Notes: generated by a model from the sequence alone, not told the origin. Positions 40,401-55,009 are shown, numbered from the whole stretch's first letter. The stretch is 62,165 nt of DNA, filler included, from Choristocarpus tenellus KU-1152 (GCA_964200185.2; 9 parts of 9 records of this genome joined end to end with filler, not necessarily neighbours in it); one strand, 5' to 3'. A program made the numbers and translations.

Positions 40401-40648
40401 TGGAGAGCAGCAGTGGAGCACAGGTGACTAAGGAAGGAGGTGATCGAATGATTGGCACAGACCAAGATACCACCCAAGGAGGTGAAGAGGATGAGACCTC
40501 AGGAACCAGTGATCAAGAGTCCTTGGAAAGGACACCGGTAATGCTTAAAGTTGAACTGGATGAGGTGAGAGTCTCTATACGACCAAGTTGTTTTGGAACT
40601 GTGAGGTTGCCAATGGTGATTGCAAGACAACATTGCACTACTGTAAAG
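34451..40648 (+). CDS. SZT2: Very large protein, SZT2 (KICSTOR subunit)-like, partial model
   Basis: Phase-0 exons about 34451-34774, 35215-38274 (3060 bp open) and 38879-40648 (1770 bp open). RFVTSYIDFLSEEGLGF and RLRFSTFAQDFMLGQV resemble SZT2 C-terminal motifs as recalled. Coding status is strong; identity is moderate; flanking exons are unresolved. Confidence 0.6.
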
Positions 40649-42126
40649 GTAGTAACGTGGTCGCTAGCATTGTGTGTAAGTAGTTGCACCTTACAGCACC
40701 AGTTATTTTATCATGTCCTTCAATGTCTCCACTTGTTTGAAGGTGAATAAAGACCACATATCTGTTTTGTCATTCATTGGGGCTTCTATATGTAGTATCA
40801 GTGGATTGCTAGAAGGTGCAGGAGATTCTGGAGTTGCCTAGTTTTTTTTAATACGACACTTTGGTTTAGACTGCTGGGATTCATGTCTTTTTTCTACTCC
40901 ATTTGGGACCTGTACGATGAGTTAAGAGTACATGTTTTTGTTTGAATGCAGCTCACTCGATGTCCAATGGAACCTGTGAGCAAGAGAAGGAACACACCCT
41001 ACAAGGTGGTTCCTGAATTTGATTCAACTGATTCATCAACTCCATGTGGAACATGCCTCTTACGCTTTATCCATACATATTATGAAACCTGATACATCAA
41101 ATGCATTTTTGAACACTGATGTATGCACTGAAACCAGAATACTTCTTCGGAACAAATCTGCGTGTCCACTCTTGATTGAAGGAACCTTGAGGAGGTATTT
41201 TAGAGTTTTTACAGGAATTTCCCTCTTGTAAGGCTCATTGACCTGTCAAATGCGGGACACGTGACACCACAAGGTTGAGCATGCACTCTTTCCTTCAAGT
41301 CAAACCTTCTAATGAACTAACCCCAGACCTCCCTAAACCTTCCCTGCTTCATTCCATGCCATGTCTGCCATCACTGTCCCACCGTTCCCTCCAACTTTGT
41401 GAAGACCACAAACAACATCACCATGGACCTTATCCGCTCTTCACCCTGTCCTTCTAGCACATCACCTGCTTGTCTTGAAGAAGGAGAGCAAGAGGCTGTA
41501 TCTCGTTTTGCTCATGAGCTGTTTTGTTGGAGTTTGACAGGCCTAAGGGCTTGATCATAGTTCGTGCATAGTATTTGATGTCTGTGTTGACCTATTATGG
41601 GGTTTTTGTGTCTACAGAATGTATGTTCAGTTTCACGTATGTATGAATTTGTATAGAACAAGAGAGTTTGAACTGAAGAGACATGACTGACTTCACTTCT
41701 TTTGGCGGCCACAATGCAAGCAAGCCCTTGTAGGAACCCTATATGTCACATAGTTGCCTATTTCTGGATTGTGTGTCTGAAATGCCACCACACACCCATA
41801 GTACGGCAGAGAAACCACCCACATTTGTTTTGCTGCTGTAGTAGTATCCTGTTTAAACGGCATTTGCTATACACTCTTGTTTCATGCATTAGCGTTTGGA
41901 GTAGTTATAGTGTGACTATTAGTCACTTCAAGTTCACCACTAATACAAACAAGTCTTAGGTAGGTTTAAGGGCCTCGATGATTACCTGGAGGGGGAGGTG
42001 GTGAATTGGAAGAACCAGTCTCTCTCCTTCTGCGTTAGAGCATTGTATGTGTGCAGTTGTATGTGTCTTGCATCTTTTTCATGAGTTTGATGGGATCCAT
42101 CGACAAGGATACTTGAGAGTGGATTG

Positions 42127-42522
42127 CTATGCGGCAGTTGTTTGCATTATTTCTTGAAGACTCGATTGAATCTTGTCCTGTTTAACTGCCAGCTCAAGGA
42201 AGACAGTACCAGGAAGCATCCTGCAAAATATGTTGTCTTGTTCTGGTCATCTCAACGAATTTTTATACATTTTGGGGATTCACTGTGACACTTGCTCTTC
42301 TAGGTTAATGAATTTAGCAGATATGGGTAAGTGTGTGACATTGTGGAGGACTTCTATTTCACTGTGTACATCGTGTAGGACTCTAGTATTATATGGTGGA
42401 GTAATTATTATTGCTGTTGTTGTCAAGGGACAATACCTGTTTCCCTTGTCATATTTCTTAAGCACATGCTCATAGCGGAAATGGTTGTTAATGATTGGAC
42501 CACAAAGAATGACCAACTTCCC
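42127..42522 (-). CDS. Putative last two exons of an unidentified gene convergent with the SZT2-like gene
   Basis: 42522-42437 and 42220-42127 splice in phase 2: GKLVILCGPIINNHFRYEHVLKKYDKGNR|MLPGTVFLELAVKQDKIQSSLQEIMQTTAA*. Confidence 0.35.
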
Positions 42523-45500
42523 CTTGTTTCAGTGTATGCATGTGTGTCAGCAAAATGATAAATCTTCATTTTCCTTTAATTTCTATTTTTTTAAAGTTTC
42601 AGAACCTAAGTTCCTGTATTGTTTTCTGTTCTGTACACGCATGCGCGTTTTTCCCAGTCAGTCAACAAAAAACCGTAAATCTGTCGAATAGTTGAATATA
42701 GATGTAGAAGGTTGGCAAGATAGTGCGGCACCCTGTATGAATTTTTAAACTGTTAAGTGAAAACAAAACTAGAGGTGGTTGGCCACGTTCCACGTGTAAT
42801 TGGGTACGTCATCTCCGAAGGGGTCGTAACATTAGACACCGATATGTACATTACCGTTTAGTGAATTTAATTTGCCTGTTACGCACCATCAAGTACATAT
42901 CATCAGTTTCTGTCGTAGATACAGCGTACTGCTGACCAAACCATCAGTTGAGTGGGTGTGTATGGAATTATTAGAGGATTTAAAGCATGGACTGTGGTAC
43001 AGGTAAGGGGATGTTACCAGCATTTTTCACCAAGTGTTATCTCCAAGGTTGTATTAATAATAAATTGAAGATATGTTGACTACACGAGGCTCACTCAGTT
43101 CCTTCTATTGGAATTATTTTCAAATGCACTTACCTAGGTGCAACTAAATGATTTTCCAACAGTATCTCCATAACTGTGAGTGCCCCCATTGATTCGAAGG
43201 ACAGGTTTGCAGACCCAGATTATGAGCGAATGTACTGAAATCATCAATCCATCCTAGTCCATGGCACACTCATCACTATTGAGTACAAGAATCAAGCAGC
43301 ACAAAGGCTCTTCTGACCGCACAAAGCATGCATACAGGTCAGTACGGTGTCAATCAATATGATGGTCTATATAATAACTTGACACCCCTTTCAACAGGAC
43401 TGCTTATTCCAAAATGATCGCATTGTTGTAAATATTAGATAAACTCAAAAGCCACGTGAGTAACAGGACAAACACATGTCTGCACATACATGGCATGGCA
43501 CACCTACCTCACTTTGATAGCATTTATTTTCCATACAGGGATGAACAGGATCCTGGAGGTACTGACCATACCAATAACAAAGGTGGACAATGGAATACAT
43601 ACATACATATGTGTGTGTAACAATTCAATCTCTTCCTTGAAGCATCACACAAGGTTGTGGAAGTTTCAGGGTCTTGTTACTTTTTTTCTGTATACCACCA
43701 CACTGGCACAACAAAAACGTTTGGAGCATTCTGAGCAACAATGTGTAGAAGCTGATAACAGTCCCATTATGCCATTTTGAATAGTTGCTGTAGCCTGATT
43801 GTACCACTGGTGTACTATACTAGTACTATGTTATAATGTAGTGTAAACCCAAGGACAAATTGCAGTATGGTTGGAATATAGAGGTAATAACTGCCCAGAA
43901 CCTGTGCTTTCACATCTAGTCTGAAAGTTGGGTTGGTTGCAGTCACAGGAGAAGCCCTACCTAATACAATATACATAGTCTGCACTGCCATGCTTTTGTG
44001 CCGTGCTCTTTGGTCTCGGGTGCCCTTCCTGAGGACAAGATGAAGTAAGCATCCTCTTTATTGAACAAATTTCTTAGGAGTTGTAGCTTTCATGCGCATC
44101 TACACGGGCATGAGGAACCTATGCAAGTGACTAAGCCAGAACAATATTATGGTACGAATCACCTGGAGGTATTGATCGCACAAGGATATACATGTATAAA
44201 ATGGATAACCAAGGTTGTTGCGATGGTGTCGCAGTCAAGCACTGCAACATATTAAAAATTAAATCTAGCTCCAATTGAGCAATGCTTAAAAAGTGTTATC
44301 ATTTTCTCGAAATGTAAGGTGTTTCATATTTTAATGCTTAGTACCCATAGTATGTAATACTTCTGGAAGAGATAACGTGATTTATGGAGCAAATGAGTGA
44401 CATTGTCAGCAGTCTGGTTCTGAAAGGGCCTTCTTTGCACATTAGGTTGTTAGAGCACCAGTAGCTTCAATAAATCAGTGCAGTGTGACATACTACACTG
44501 CAAATCTGCACTAAATCAGAGATGAAAGTAAATTGCTAAGCCTCTCTGTACTCCACAACAATGACTCCATGATGCCAAGCTGAAAATGAGTGGGATGAAG
44601 GTTTCCCAAGGATTCCACCAATAAACACACCCTTCCTATAAAAACCTGCAGAGATCTCTTGAAGTACAACACTCAATGATTTGCCCTAATCCGAAAAATG
44701 TTGGGGGGTTCCTTCACAACAGATACAAGATAGATTATGCTCTAGCTGCGGCTCAACAGACCGGATGTGTGTGTATATATACGTCAAAGCTATAAATATG
44801 ACGAATGACTAAGTGCATGCTGTTACACCTCTGCAGCGCTCAATTTCGGGGCAATCAGGACAACAAGCTTAGATGTGCACACCAGTCAAGGTGAGCTTGT
44901 CTTAGCCTGCTAGGCACCGTATCTATTTTCCAGAGAGCTAGGTCACCAGGGATTCATGATTGTTTTATCACACCACCCCACCACATACCACCTCCTCTAT
45001 ATACATGTATTATAGGTGACTCTTTCGTAATATTTTGTTACTGAAGACACCAACTGAAATTGGTGAGATCAACTTTTTGTACATAACTCTGTCAGTTTGT
45101 AGTAGCAGGTACATAAAAGATGTATAGTGATACACCTGCTTCCTCAACCTTAAAAGGCACATGGAACTGAAAACGGCAAGCCCTTGTGTATGAGAGTGTT
45201 CTTCAATAGTGGCATCACTATGAAAGTTGGGCCTTCACTCTTCCATCCCACAATCAATGGCAGTGTCGTATCAAACACAGTCCTCCATGAGATGCTTTGA
45301 CGACACCTGGCAGAGGCGTGTTTCCTTAGAAAGAAAAAAAACACAACCATCTGCTGCAGTCTGATCACCCCATAAACTGACTGCAACATATGGCCATCAA
45401 GATCAAAGTTGCCATTCAGAAGGACAGTCCATTCCTTACCTCCCTGCCTTCCTGTCCCCCCATTCGAACCCCTGTCATACTTTTTGAGCACTCTGTCAAG

Positions 45501-46445
45501 TGCACCACTCATCATCGCGCCTCAAACTGAATCACTGCCCATTAGAGCAGAGAGGATCACCAGGGACAACAAGAAGTGAGGGTTGCAATACTTCCAACAG
45601 CTCAAGGTCAGGGTCAAACAAAAGGATAAGCATGAGGTTATCTGGTGAGGCGACTATTGAGTGTTTATTTATGCACTGGAGGGAAGAGCAGTCTCATTGT
45701 GTACGGTAACAGTTAAGGAAGATCCCTCAACCACAAACCTTCACCACACCCTCTCCAGCACAACCCCTACAAAGAATGAACACAAAGATGTTAGAAGGCA
45801 ACCAAAGCATGCAGGACATGCCAAGGTCATTGTTATTCTTACTAAAGAAATTGAGCGATGGGGGGACTGCATGAAAAGCAGTGTTTACACCACAAAGTAC
45901 AGTATAGTATTAAAAGTTGGGTCAAAAGGAAATTTCATTCTGCACTTATCATTACCTTTCGCACAAACCTTACGAGTATATTGAGCCAAAGTATCTTAGA
46001 GGGTAGGGCCGCATCCATTTGGGGATCNNNNNNNNNNNNNNNNNNNNNNNNNNNNNNNNNNNNNNNNNNNNTTAATTAATTAANNNNNNNNNNNNNNNNN
46101 NNNNNNNNNNNNNNNNNNNNNNNNNNNGGGGGGTGGGGGGGGGTAATTGTATATATTTTGCCGTGAATCCTGTGTAAGCCTAGAATATCGTTGTCTTGTG
46201 AAATTGCCGGTGTTCTGACTCTTCAACATACCTACCTTGGTGTGAGTGTGCTTGCACTGACTGCAAGGGCCATGGGGCTCTTGGGTATATAGGGGATTGA
46301 GCCCAGGATAAATTTGCACTGGGATTGAACGTTTGGGGCCTTCTTTGTCTTTGGTTCATTCCTTTGATTGTTTGTTGCTTGCTATCAACAAGCTACTCTT
46401 AGCCCTACTCTGCCCATTACACACCTGTTGTAATATGATGTACAG

Positions 46446-49400
46446 CTATTGCAAGCCGCCAAGTGGAGGAGAAAACAAAGGGTAGGAGAAGTTCTGTCTG
46501 AGGGACGCTGGGCTGTCCATGAGAAGGGAAAAGCAGAGGTGTTTTGGCTTGGCAGGTGATGAGAGTTGCTATTAGGAACTCTACTTTCTTATCTACAAGC
46601 TACATCTTGTGTGTGCTTTTTTTGGTTGTTGGTCTACTTTCTCCTGTTCTGTAACTTAATTTTGGTGTTATCTGCTCCCATTGGTCTAGCACATGCCAGG
46701 TTTGTCAATCCAATCGTTGAAACCACGCCTTCCAACTCTTCACCCCTATTATCCCCTGGCAGAGACAAGCGTGGGCGGCCAACACTGGTGCTTCGGAGCA
46801 TTGCACATCATCCTGGTGCGATTCCTCAGGAGGAATTTCAGCGATATCTACTATACACCATGGAACAGGTTGGTGTATTTCTTAGTGATTTTTCTTCCCA
46901 ATTAGATGCACCCTGCCTGGCTAGGTAGGAGACTCAAAAAGTGTGTTAGGGTTAGGGTTAGGGTTGGGGTTAGTGGGGTGTGGTGTACTGGTTTGCGGTG
47001 GGAGAGTATAGTCTTTGTGTGATCGTTATAGCAGTGAGTGGGGGTGAGAGTATGTGACCCTGGAAAAATTGAGCAAGGGATCCTTGTTTTCAGTTAGCTC
47101 TACCATGTGACCATTGGAGATGATTCCAACTGTTGATGCACGTTTTATTGTAGAGAGTGAAGGGTGTGTGCTTATTCCAAGAGGGCGGTAGAGAGATTTC
47201 AATGGAGTTTGGGCTATTATTTTGATGATACATATTGTGGTACCTGAGAGTGACTTAGTCACCGAGGCTTGCAAGCACAGGCTAGCTCCTCTTACCGCCC
47301 TCATTGGGCCTCTCTATAGGAGTTCCAAGTTTTTTTGCAGAGTGCTACATATCCCCCCCACTCATGGTTCTCATCGAGTCTACTTGTTGAATGTGGATTA
47401 CTTTTGAACCTGTACCCATACTCAATGGTATATCTTGTGGTCCTCTTGTAAAGGGACGTCAACTATGGGGAGCAGGATCGTCTACCCAGGTAAACTTCCT
47501 TGTTGACCGTGTGGGGGCAGGCTTGGCAAATCAGGATCCCAAACTCCTTGGTGCTATGCTCCCCCTGTTCAGGGATGCCTATCCAGATATCGTTCACAGG
47601 CAAGAATAGAGAAGGAGAGGAGGGGTCGGTAACGGGCTCCACTCTAAGATGTACATCCCTGGTTTGGTTTCCCTTTTTTCTGTTCTGTTTATTTTAGTCC
47701 AACACTACACAACCGTACGCCTTGAACTCAAACCCTTAAATAGTGCCAAGGCATTTTGTTGAACTACTTTGTCCTACGCACACAGAGAGAGGGAGATTAG
47801 ATAGACAATGTGATGTGGTGGTCATGTTCAGAGCTGATGTTGTGTTTTGAGTTACTGGACAAGCTCAATACTAGTGCGGCATGCTGAGCCTGTGGTATTT
47901 TTTTCAAATGCTGGGACAGTCAAGCAGCGGAAGAGATTCTGAGGTTTGAGAGCAAGGCCAATCCTTTTGTGCTTGTATTAGTGGAAACTAATACTTGGAC
48001 GTTAGTGTGTTGGAAGTGCTACAATGGAAAATAGACTAGAAAAAAAATGGATTGAACCAGTTGCCTATTTTTCACTCATATATAGCTACTGAATAGTGGG
48101 AGAGTTTTGAGATGATGATGGTGGCAAAGAACAACAGTAATGACTTTAGTGCAAATTTGGTCATGTATCTGTTGTCTCTGTCTGCCATATGTTACAGCAG
48201 GTGTAACAAGTAACGAAAGACCTTCTGGTGTCTGTGTCAGGGGATAAGGTTAGGGTTTTGGTAAGTAAAACAGATCATCACTATATATTGAGCAGTGAGG
48301 AGCGTGAAGCATGAAAAAATCACTCTCCCCTGAGGTGTTGTGGGCAAAGTGTGTACCACCTTTTGCAAGCAGCCCAAGAAATATGCACAACTCAAGGGCT
48401 ACTTGTACCGTGTTGAAATAGTTGTAGCATGCCATCCATAGTTGCCAATTGGCAACCAAAACGTGCAGGGCACTAGACTACATTGGTGGCGTCCTCCCCT
48501 GGGGCTTAGGTGTCCCTTGATGATTTGTTTTTGTGAAACTTTCTGTTCTGATCTGTGGTATGTATTGAAGCTACTCTTGAATCTCAAGGGACCAGTTTCG
48601 GCTTCTTTTTTTTCTTCTCCTTGGTGCACATTTCACATTTCACATCTCACATTTCACCTTGTGTCTATCTCTCCATCTACATCTCAGCAAACTAGTCCAT
48701 GATTTTTGTAAAAGCACTAACTCCCGCCCCCAAATCCCTACCTCACCCACACATGTTGTTTTCATTAGGTGTTACATTGCACCGACAAGCTGGATCTTCC
48801 GACTGGTGTGGGTCATTGCTGCACCACTTGTGGACAGTCGTCAAAGAAAAAGGGTGAAGCTTCTGTCAGGCGATTGGTGTGTGCAAATCCCCCACCCCCC
48901 TCACTTGGTATTGTCTATTTCCTGATCATTGTGGATGCACCCCCATGTTTGTCCATGCTTATGGTCTTCTTGTGACTGCATGGACAACATTTTTTTTTAA
49001 ACTGACACCAAAGCCTTTGGCTGTGTTGGTGCCAGTACGACATCATTGATCCTGCCCTTCCCGCACTTCCAACATGCTAAGACTTGGCATTATGCCTTGC
49101 TGGTGCTTCTTGCCAGAAATGCAAGTAGCAACTACTGCAGAATTGAAAGGAAATGTGAAATGTAACATTTAGATGACACAAAGTTGTAGCAAGTGATGTA
49201 CTTGGGGTAGATGTTTGCAAAATCTTGTTGTATGCTTTTTGCACGTTGTGGCCTACGACTACACTATCTCCCATCATAAGGGGAGGAAGGGAATGCTTGG
49301 TGGATAATATGCTAAGGAAAGGAATGACACTTGAAGGTCTTTTCTAGCGGGTGGGTTGAAACAAGGTCCATTGAGATTGCACTGGGGGTTGCAAACCGGA

Positions 49401-50068
49401 TGTGCCCCACTTTTCTAGGAGTACTTAATGTACCCATGCCATCACACTTTGGATTGTCATAGACCTCAAACCTATAGGGAGTATTTACATGGGGCAGTGA
49501 AGGCTTAAGTATAACATATGGGTGGTAAATGTTGTGGTGCTCTTCCTGCTACATGGCAGTGTAGGATTGCAGCGATCTACCCTCATGTAGAAGTTGAGGT
49601 TTTGTAGTTCGTGATGAAGTGCTTAGTCTTGGAGACATAAATTGCTGCAAGTCAACATAACAACTTGACTACATGCATGAACTTTATCTCCAATATTATG
49701 TACCAGGTACAAGAAGTGTTTGGACCATTGTGCCTTGTACAAGCGATATACTCTATCACGGCATACAACAAACTTAGATAAGCTCAGATTTATTGTGTAT
49801 CATACATAGAGCGCCACTATGCTGTAGAAATAAATGCTACAGAACACTACTTAGTACATGCATCGTGACACTCAGAAGGTATTGTATTCAGCTACCATTG
49901 CTTCCATCTCAACCTTTCTAGGGTAGAATCCATGCACTAATGTCATACCTCCCTTCACCTCTCCCCACTTGTATCTCCAATAGGAAAGCGAAACTGCTGG
50001 AGGAGTATGATCCCGAAACGCTTCCACACCATCTGGGCGGCACTCGTGAAGACTATCCCCCATCTTAG
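46446..50068 (+). CDS. CRAL-TRIO (Sec14-like) lipid-binding protein; 5' end off-contig
   Basis: Exons 46446-46555, 46763-46868, 47454-47599, 48769-48876 and 49984-50068 give ...KWRR...WLGRDKRGRPTL...DAYPDIVHRCYIAPTSWIFRLVW...LPHHLGG...stop. One intron is GC-AG. Confidence 0.88.
46946..46975 (+). repeat. Interstitial TTAGGG telomere-like tract (intronic)
   Basis: Three perfect TTAGGG units plus two degenerate units. Confidence 0.7.
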
Positions 50069-51755
50069 GTGGTTTAGGACATCAGTACTGTCACCATTAA
50101 TGCTCTCAATGTTGCCCTTCTGGGGGAAACAAAGATGCAACTCATGGTGCGATTTCTACTTTTGCACATGCTCGAAGTGGGACTTACTGGAGTGATGCAG
50201 GTAGAGCTCTTGAGTTTGTACAATGAAGGGGAGAGGGGGGGGGGGGGTTCTTGCAGCAAAAGCAATGCACCCGGAAAGGGAAAGGGGGGGTTGTTAATGC
50301 CTTAAGAGCACTGATATCGTCAAGTATGGTGATGCATGAGCGAAAGCTATGGTGGTGTTGACTGGTGTAGAAACAATGTGGTTGTGTATTGTGCTTTGTT
50401 CCTAGAGTGTGAGGTTTCCACCCCTTGTATTTTTTACTCTCAGTTCAGGCATGCCTTCTTCATGATGCCTATCACTTGTTTGTTACTGATACATATTTCA
50501 TGACCTGTTGAACAGGAGAAAGTGAAAGCCTCTCATTGCTGTCATGGTGATACTAACCGATCCAGCAGGGGTATAAGAAGTAGAACTATTAATAGATAGA
50601 AGTACATGTATACTTAGGATTATGTATCTGAAGTTTAGAATGAACGTAACACCCTTGTTGAGGTTGTGGATGTACCAAATTCTTCAGGGACTTTGGAGTT
50701 GTGGAGTATTCAACTCCTGCAAACGATTTTTTCATAGCATAGAATCATGTTGGGATAATAAGAGTAGAATTAGGCTATGTGCCAATCCAAGGCGACTGAC
50801 CCAACATTCTTGGGCACCATGTCTCCAATTATGGCAGTTTGAGGGGGGTATGTATGCTGTAGACAACATACAGAGGGTGCTGAGCATATAAGGTTGCCAT
50901 CGCACGACTTGTTGACTTCACAGAGCACACTGGGATTGCTCTCCACCAGGGTTGCCTCAAGTTTGCCTTGATCACAAGAGGCCTTGCACAGGGAATATTC
51001 ACACTGTGTTGTGGTTTGTAGCATTATTACATAGTGCTCTGTGGTATTGTGCAAGTAATTCCTTGTGAGACTTAGGAGAGGGGGGAGGTTATGCATGGTG
51101 TCCATATAAGGCCCCTTGGCCAATCGGCCGTTCAATTGGTGCCAATAAAGGCCTCCCCTTCCCTGCTGCTCTGATTTGGTTATCGAGGAATATATGAATG
51201 AAAGACCAGTACAGACAGCACCATAGTGACGGGTTCAACGATTAGAAACTAAGTATTAAAAAGTAGAACATCATGTCTCTTAACAAAAAACAAAAATGAA
51301 ACAAATCTTGAGTTAAATGATAGGGCTATTAGCACTTATCGACATAATCTTTGGTTGAGTGGAGAAAAGAGGTACCTCACTGATGAGAGTTGCACCATGT
51401 TTGGACAAACTGTGTTGAAGCATGGTGGTGTGATGCCAACCCCATCCAAGTTCTAAATGATATGTTCACGCCTTACCAATGCAAGGCAATAAAAGTGCAC
51501 AGTCCTTGAACACACAAGGACAAAAGCAAGAGAGGCATGCTTTGATTCAGATGACCAGGGTGAGGTTGAGGGCCAAACATTTTCAATTGCCATGTGACTG
51601 GAGGTCTTGCAGCATGAAAGCGAAGAGCTGAATGCCCCTACCTCAGCGCATCCACCAAGCTTCCACCCGGTCTCACCTATATATATTTTCTTCCACATTT
51701 TGTCATTGTGGGAAGTCTATGGAATGAAATTAATTGATAGGGAAAAGTGGGAGGG

Positions 51756-54700
51756 TCATCCTTTCTTCCTCTTGACACCCTTTGGAGATGTTGGCTTCAC
51801 CTTGCTGCCAACTGGCACAACTTTTGTCTTGCCACCACTTCCAACCTTTGGTGCCGTTCCCTTCTCTTTTGCTCCTAGTGCTGGCTTGACCCCCTCCCCA
51901 GCCCCCCCTTCTAGTCTCGTTTTGGTCCCTTTGCTTTTCCCTTTGGCTTTAGATTTCTTGCCTCCCTTTTTCTGAGGTGGCACCTTGGGTTGAAACAGCT
52001 CCTTTAGCACTTCTACAATCTGCACATCTTTTGTCAGGGGCAGCTTCAATGAACCCAGATACCCTGTCCAACCTGGCATGTGACTGGCAATGAGAAGGGA
52101 TGGGAGCAGGTGATTCAGAGTAACCAAATGGTAAAGGCCACACAGGTGATATATTGATAGTGCACTTCTATCCAAAGCCGGGTTTTGATACAAGGCACCT
52201 GCGCAGTAGCAGTTTGGCAAGGAAGAATAGGACTTGCAAAGATTGCTACTATTGAGACTGACCTGCTCTGACATTAGATACAACAGCTTGAGGGTAAGAT
52301 TAGAAGACAAGTACAGGTGTCTCGGGAGAACAAGTATGTAAAGCATGGAGGAGTCAAGCAGATAGCAGAAATACAATGTACTTGGTCATTCTTGCTTGCC
52401 TTGAAAAGCACACAATCTTTGTGGTGCTACCTGCTGATCCATACTAGTGCACTCAGCCATCATTAGAGTCACAAAAGGTGCTTTTGTTAATGAGCTTTGC
52501 CAAACATCGAGATACCACTACTGTGAGAGACTATCTGCCCCAGTGGAGCAGTGGTGTCTTAATGATCAACAAACTAGTGAGTAAACAAAGATTTAGCTAT
52601 AAGAGATATTTTGAGAGCACTGAAATAACCACAACTCCCGGCAACAACAATACTTCCCTCTAAAAAAATTATTCCTGAGATTGTGTACTATTGAACTATG
52701 CCAAGGAGGAACACGTAAGCATTTGAATGAACACGAAACGAATCCATGCTTCATGTGTTCATGTCACAGGCAAGAGCATCAAAGGTGATTTGCACCCTTG
52801 AATCTCATCCCATGGCCATAACAGGTTGGGACCTTGTGTGAGATACTAGCGCATCCTCACATCACCAAATGCATGCCCTCATCATCAGGAAAGGGCCCCA
52901 AAGCTAACACTTCTCCCAGAGTCTCTCTCATTGCACTATAGAACACACAATGGAGACATTAAGAGTGCTTTGGCTTGCACTAAGGACCAACCACGTCATG
53001 ATCTTCCTCTTGGCTCTTGTGGTGATTGCTCGGCTCCACAGTAGTCCAAGTTTTCACTAAAAAAGGTGTTACCACCATTAACCTGAAATGACCATAGTAT
53101 TAAACTTCACATTTGACACAAACATCTTGTGGGGGACCTTTGTCAAAGTGTCAGTTTTCAAAAATCGGCATCAAAATCTCCAGCCCTTCTTGTCAACACT
53201 AAGCACAACTCAACAACTAACACTCCATCAGGATTGTGACCCTAATGGGGATCGACAAATCCGGCATCTCTCCTGAGAAGAATTACATGAATTGGAGTTA
53301 GAGGTATAGTTGGCACCATCAAGGATAGATCCCATCTGACAAACCACTGTAAATAAACGAATGGGATGTTAGGGTGACAAGTATTCTGGATGAAGCATAC
53401 AAATGTACACTGCCGGCCCTCCAAATACACAAAATACTCCATAAATCAATTCATATTATCACCACTTTAAGTAAACCTTGACATTGGAAATTTCTGATAA
53501 CCTTGATGTGGCACAGGAAAACTCTATCTCTTGTCTACTGGAATAGTCCATTTTTGCAAGGAAAGTTAAGGCTAAACCTAATTGTAACACCTCTATCAGC
53601 TTCCCCTACCAGATCGGAGGACTTTCTACCTGAATCAAATCCGCCAACTGCACATTTTCTGCGCAATTGAGCGTTAGGATCCAAAGGATAAATTTTGCTT
53701 AAGTATTGAGCTGACTGGCGTTCATTTACATATGTTAGAAATCCAGTCAATTCACAATGCCACGAACACAATGTTAACTCCCCTTGATACGAGATAGCAT
53801 ACACGCAGTATGTGGAGGCAAACACAATAGCAAGGTAGACTGTGTTGCAGTACCTATGAACATTGCAGTAAACGGATTGGCTCAGTGTTGAGTAATGTGC
53901 AACCCCAATGTGACAACAAGGAGAAACAAGACATTATTGGGATGATGATCAAAATACAATAAGTGGATAATTACAATTTTGCACATAGAGGCTTCATCCA
54001 AGGCACAAGTCGTGGACAATGAAGGCTCTACAGCCAAGAATATGCATTCAAATAGGACAAGAGCTGGTCTACGAATAATAGCTACAGCCGCAAAAGGAAC
54101 CAAACAGCAATGGATACTCTACTCCTACCCTTACCTAATTGCAATCCTCATTGCATAGGCCAGGCTGTACACATCCTGCATTGCAGCACCCCTTCCCATA
54201 GTATCTTCCAATTCATTTGCTGCAGCAAAGCGGCTCACATAAGGCTCCAGCTGAATCATTGTGCGGCATTGTAACAATACTTTTGTATTCATATGGAGAA
54301 ATAGGGAGCTGTTGACTTTTCAACCGTATCAAATGTTGGTCTGTCCATTAAAAATTAGGGAGGTAAAGGAGGTCAAAGGGATGCCCTTCGATACAGACGT
54401 CTAGTGCTACCAACAAGTGTGACAGAAGGGTTTACCTCAGCTTCTGTGGATGATAATTGCAGCTCCATAAACCGGTCCAGATCATTCAACGTGGCGTCCA
54501 CCTCTCCAACAAACTGTAGTACAAGGAGTTGGGAAAGCCTTGGGGCGAGCAGAGACAAGTCTAATGCATGCGTTCGACGATTTCCGAGGGTATTGGGCAC
54601 CGTGCATGATCCGCCGAGCTTGAAAGCGAAACATATACGGCGCTTGGTTTGCTTCGATTGGAATTGGATTTCATTAAAACAAGAATTTCCAATATATACC

Positions 54701-55009
54701 CATATCCACCTTAGCCCCTGTTATCCGGAATGCCTTCGAGGAGAGATCAAACGTTGTATCCAGCGCCAAGAGTGGTTTCTCTAGCCCCTCTCCTTCTAGT
54801 GCCTTGGCTTCGACGCTTTTCTCCTCCAGGTAACTGTCGGCATCTGCACGTTGCTGTGGTGTCACACACGCAGCAAGAAGATTACCTACCACGACTCTAA
54901 ACGGACTGGGCACAATCTGGGGACACATCTTGGGTGCCTTTACTTTCAAGAGCTCCGCAATTTCAGCGACGCGAGCTTGGGCTTGCAGCAGGACATCCTC
55001 CTCAGCCAT
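51756..55009 (-). CDS. Hypothetical protein with Lys/Gly-rich basic C-terminal tail
   Basis: ATG at 55009. Exons 55009-54710, 54513-54436, 54250-54135, unresolved middle exon(s), last exon 52072-51756 (KKGGKKSKAKGK...KRKKG*). Splice sites are canonical. Confidence 0.6.

Noticed and set aside
35399-40421. Many antisense and alternate-frame ORFs over the SZT2-like exons
   Set aside because: They are shadow ORFs of long coding exons with no independent evidence.
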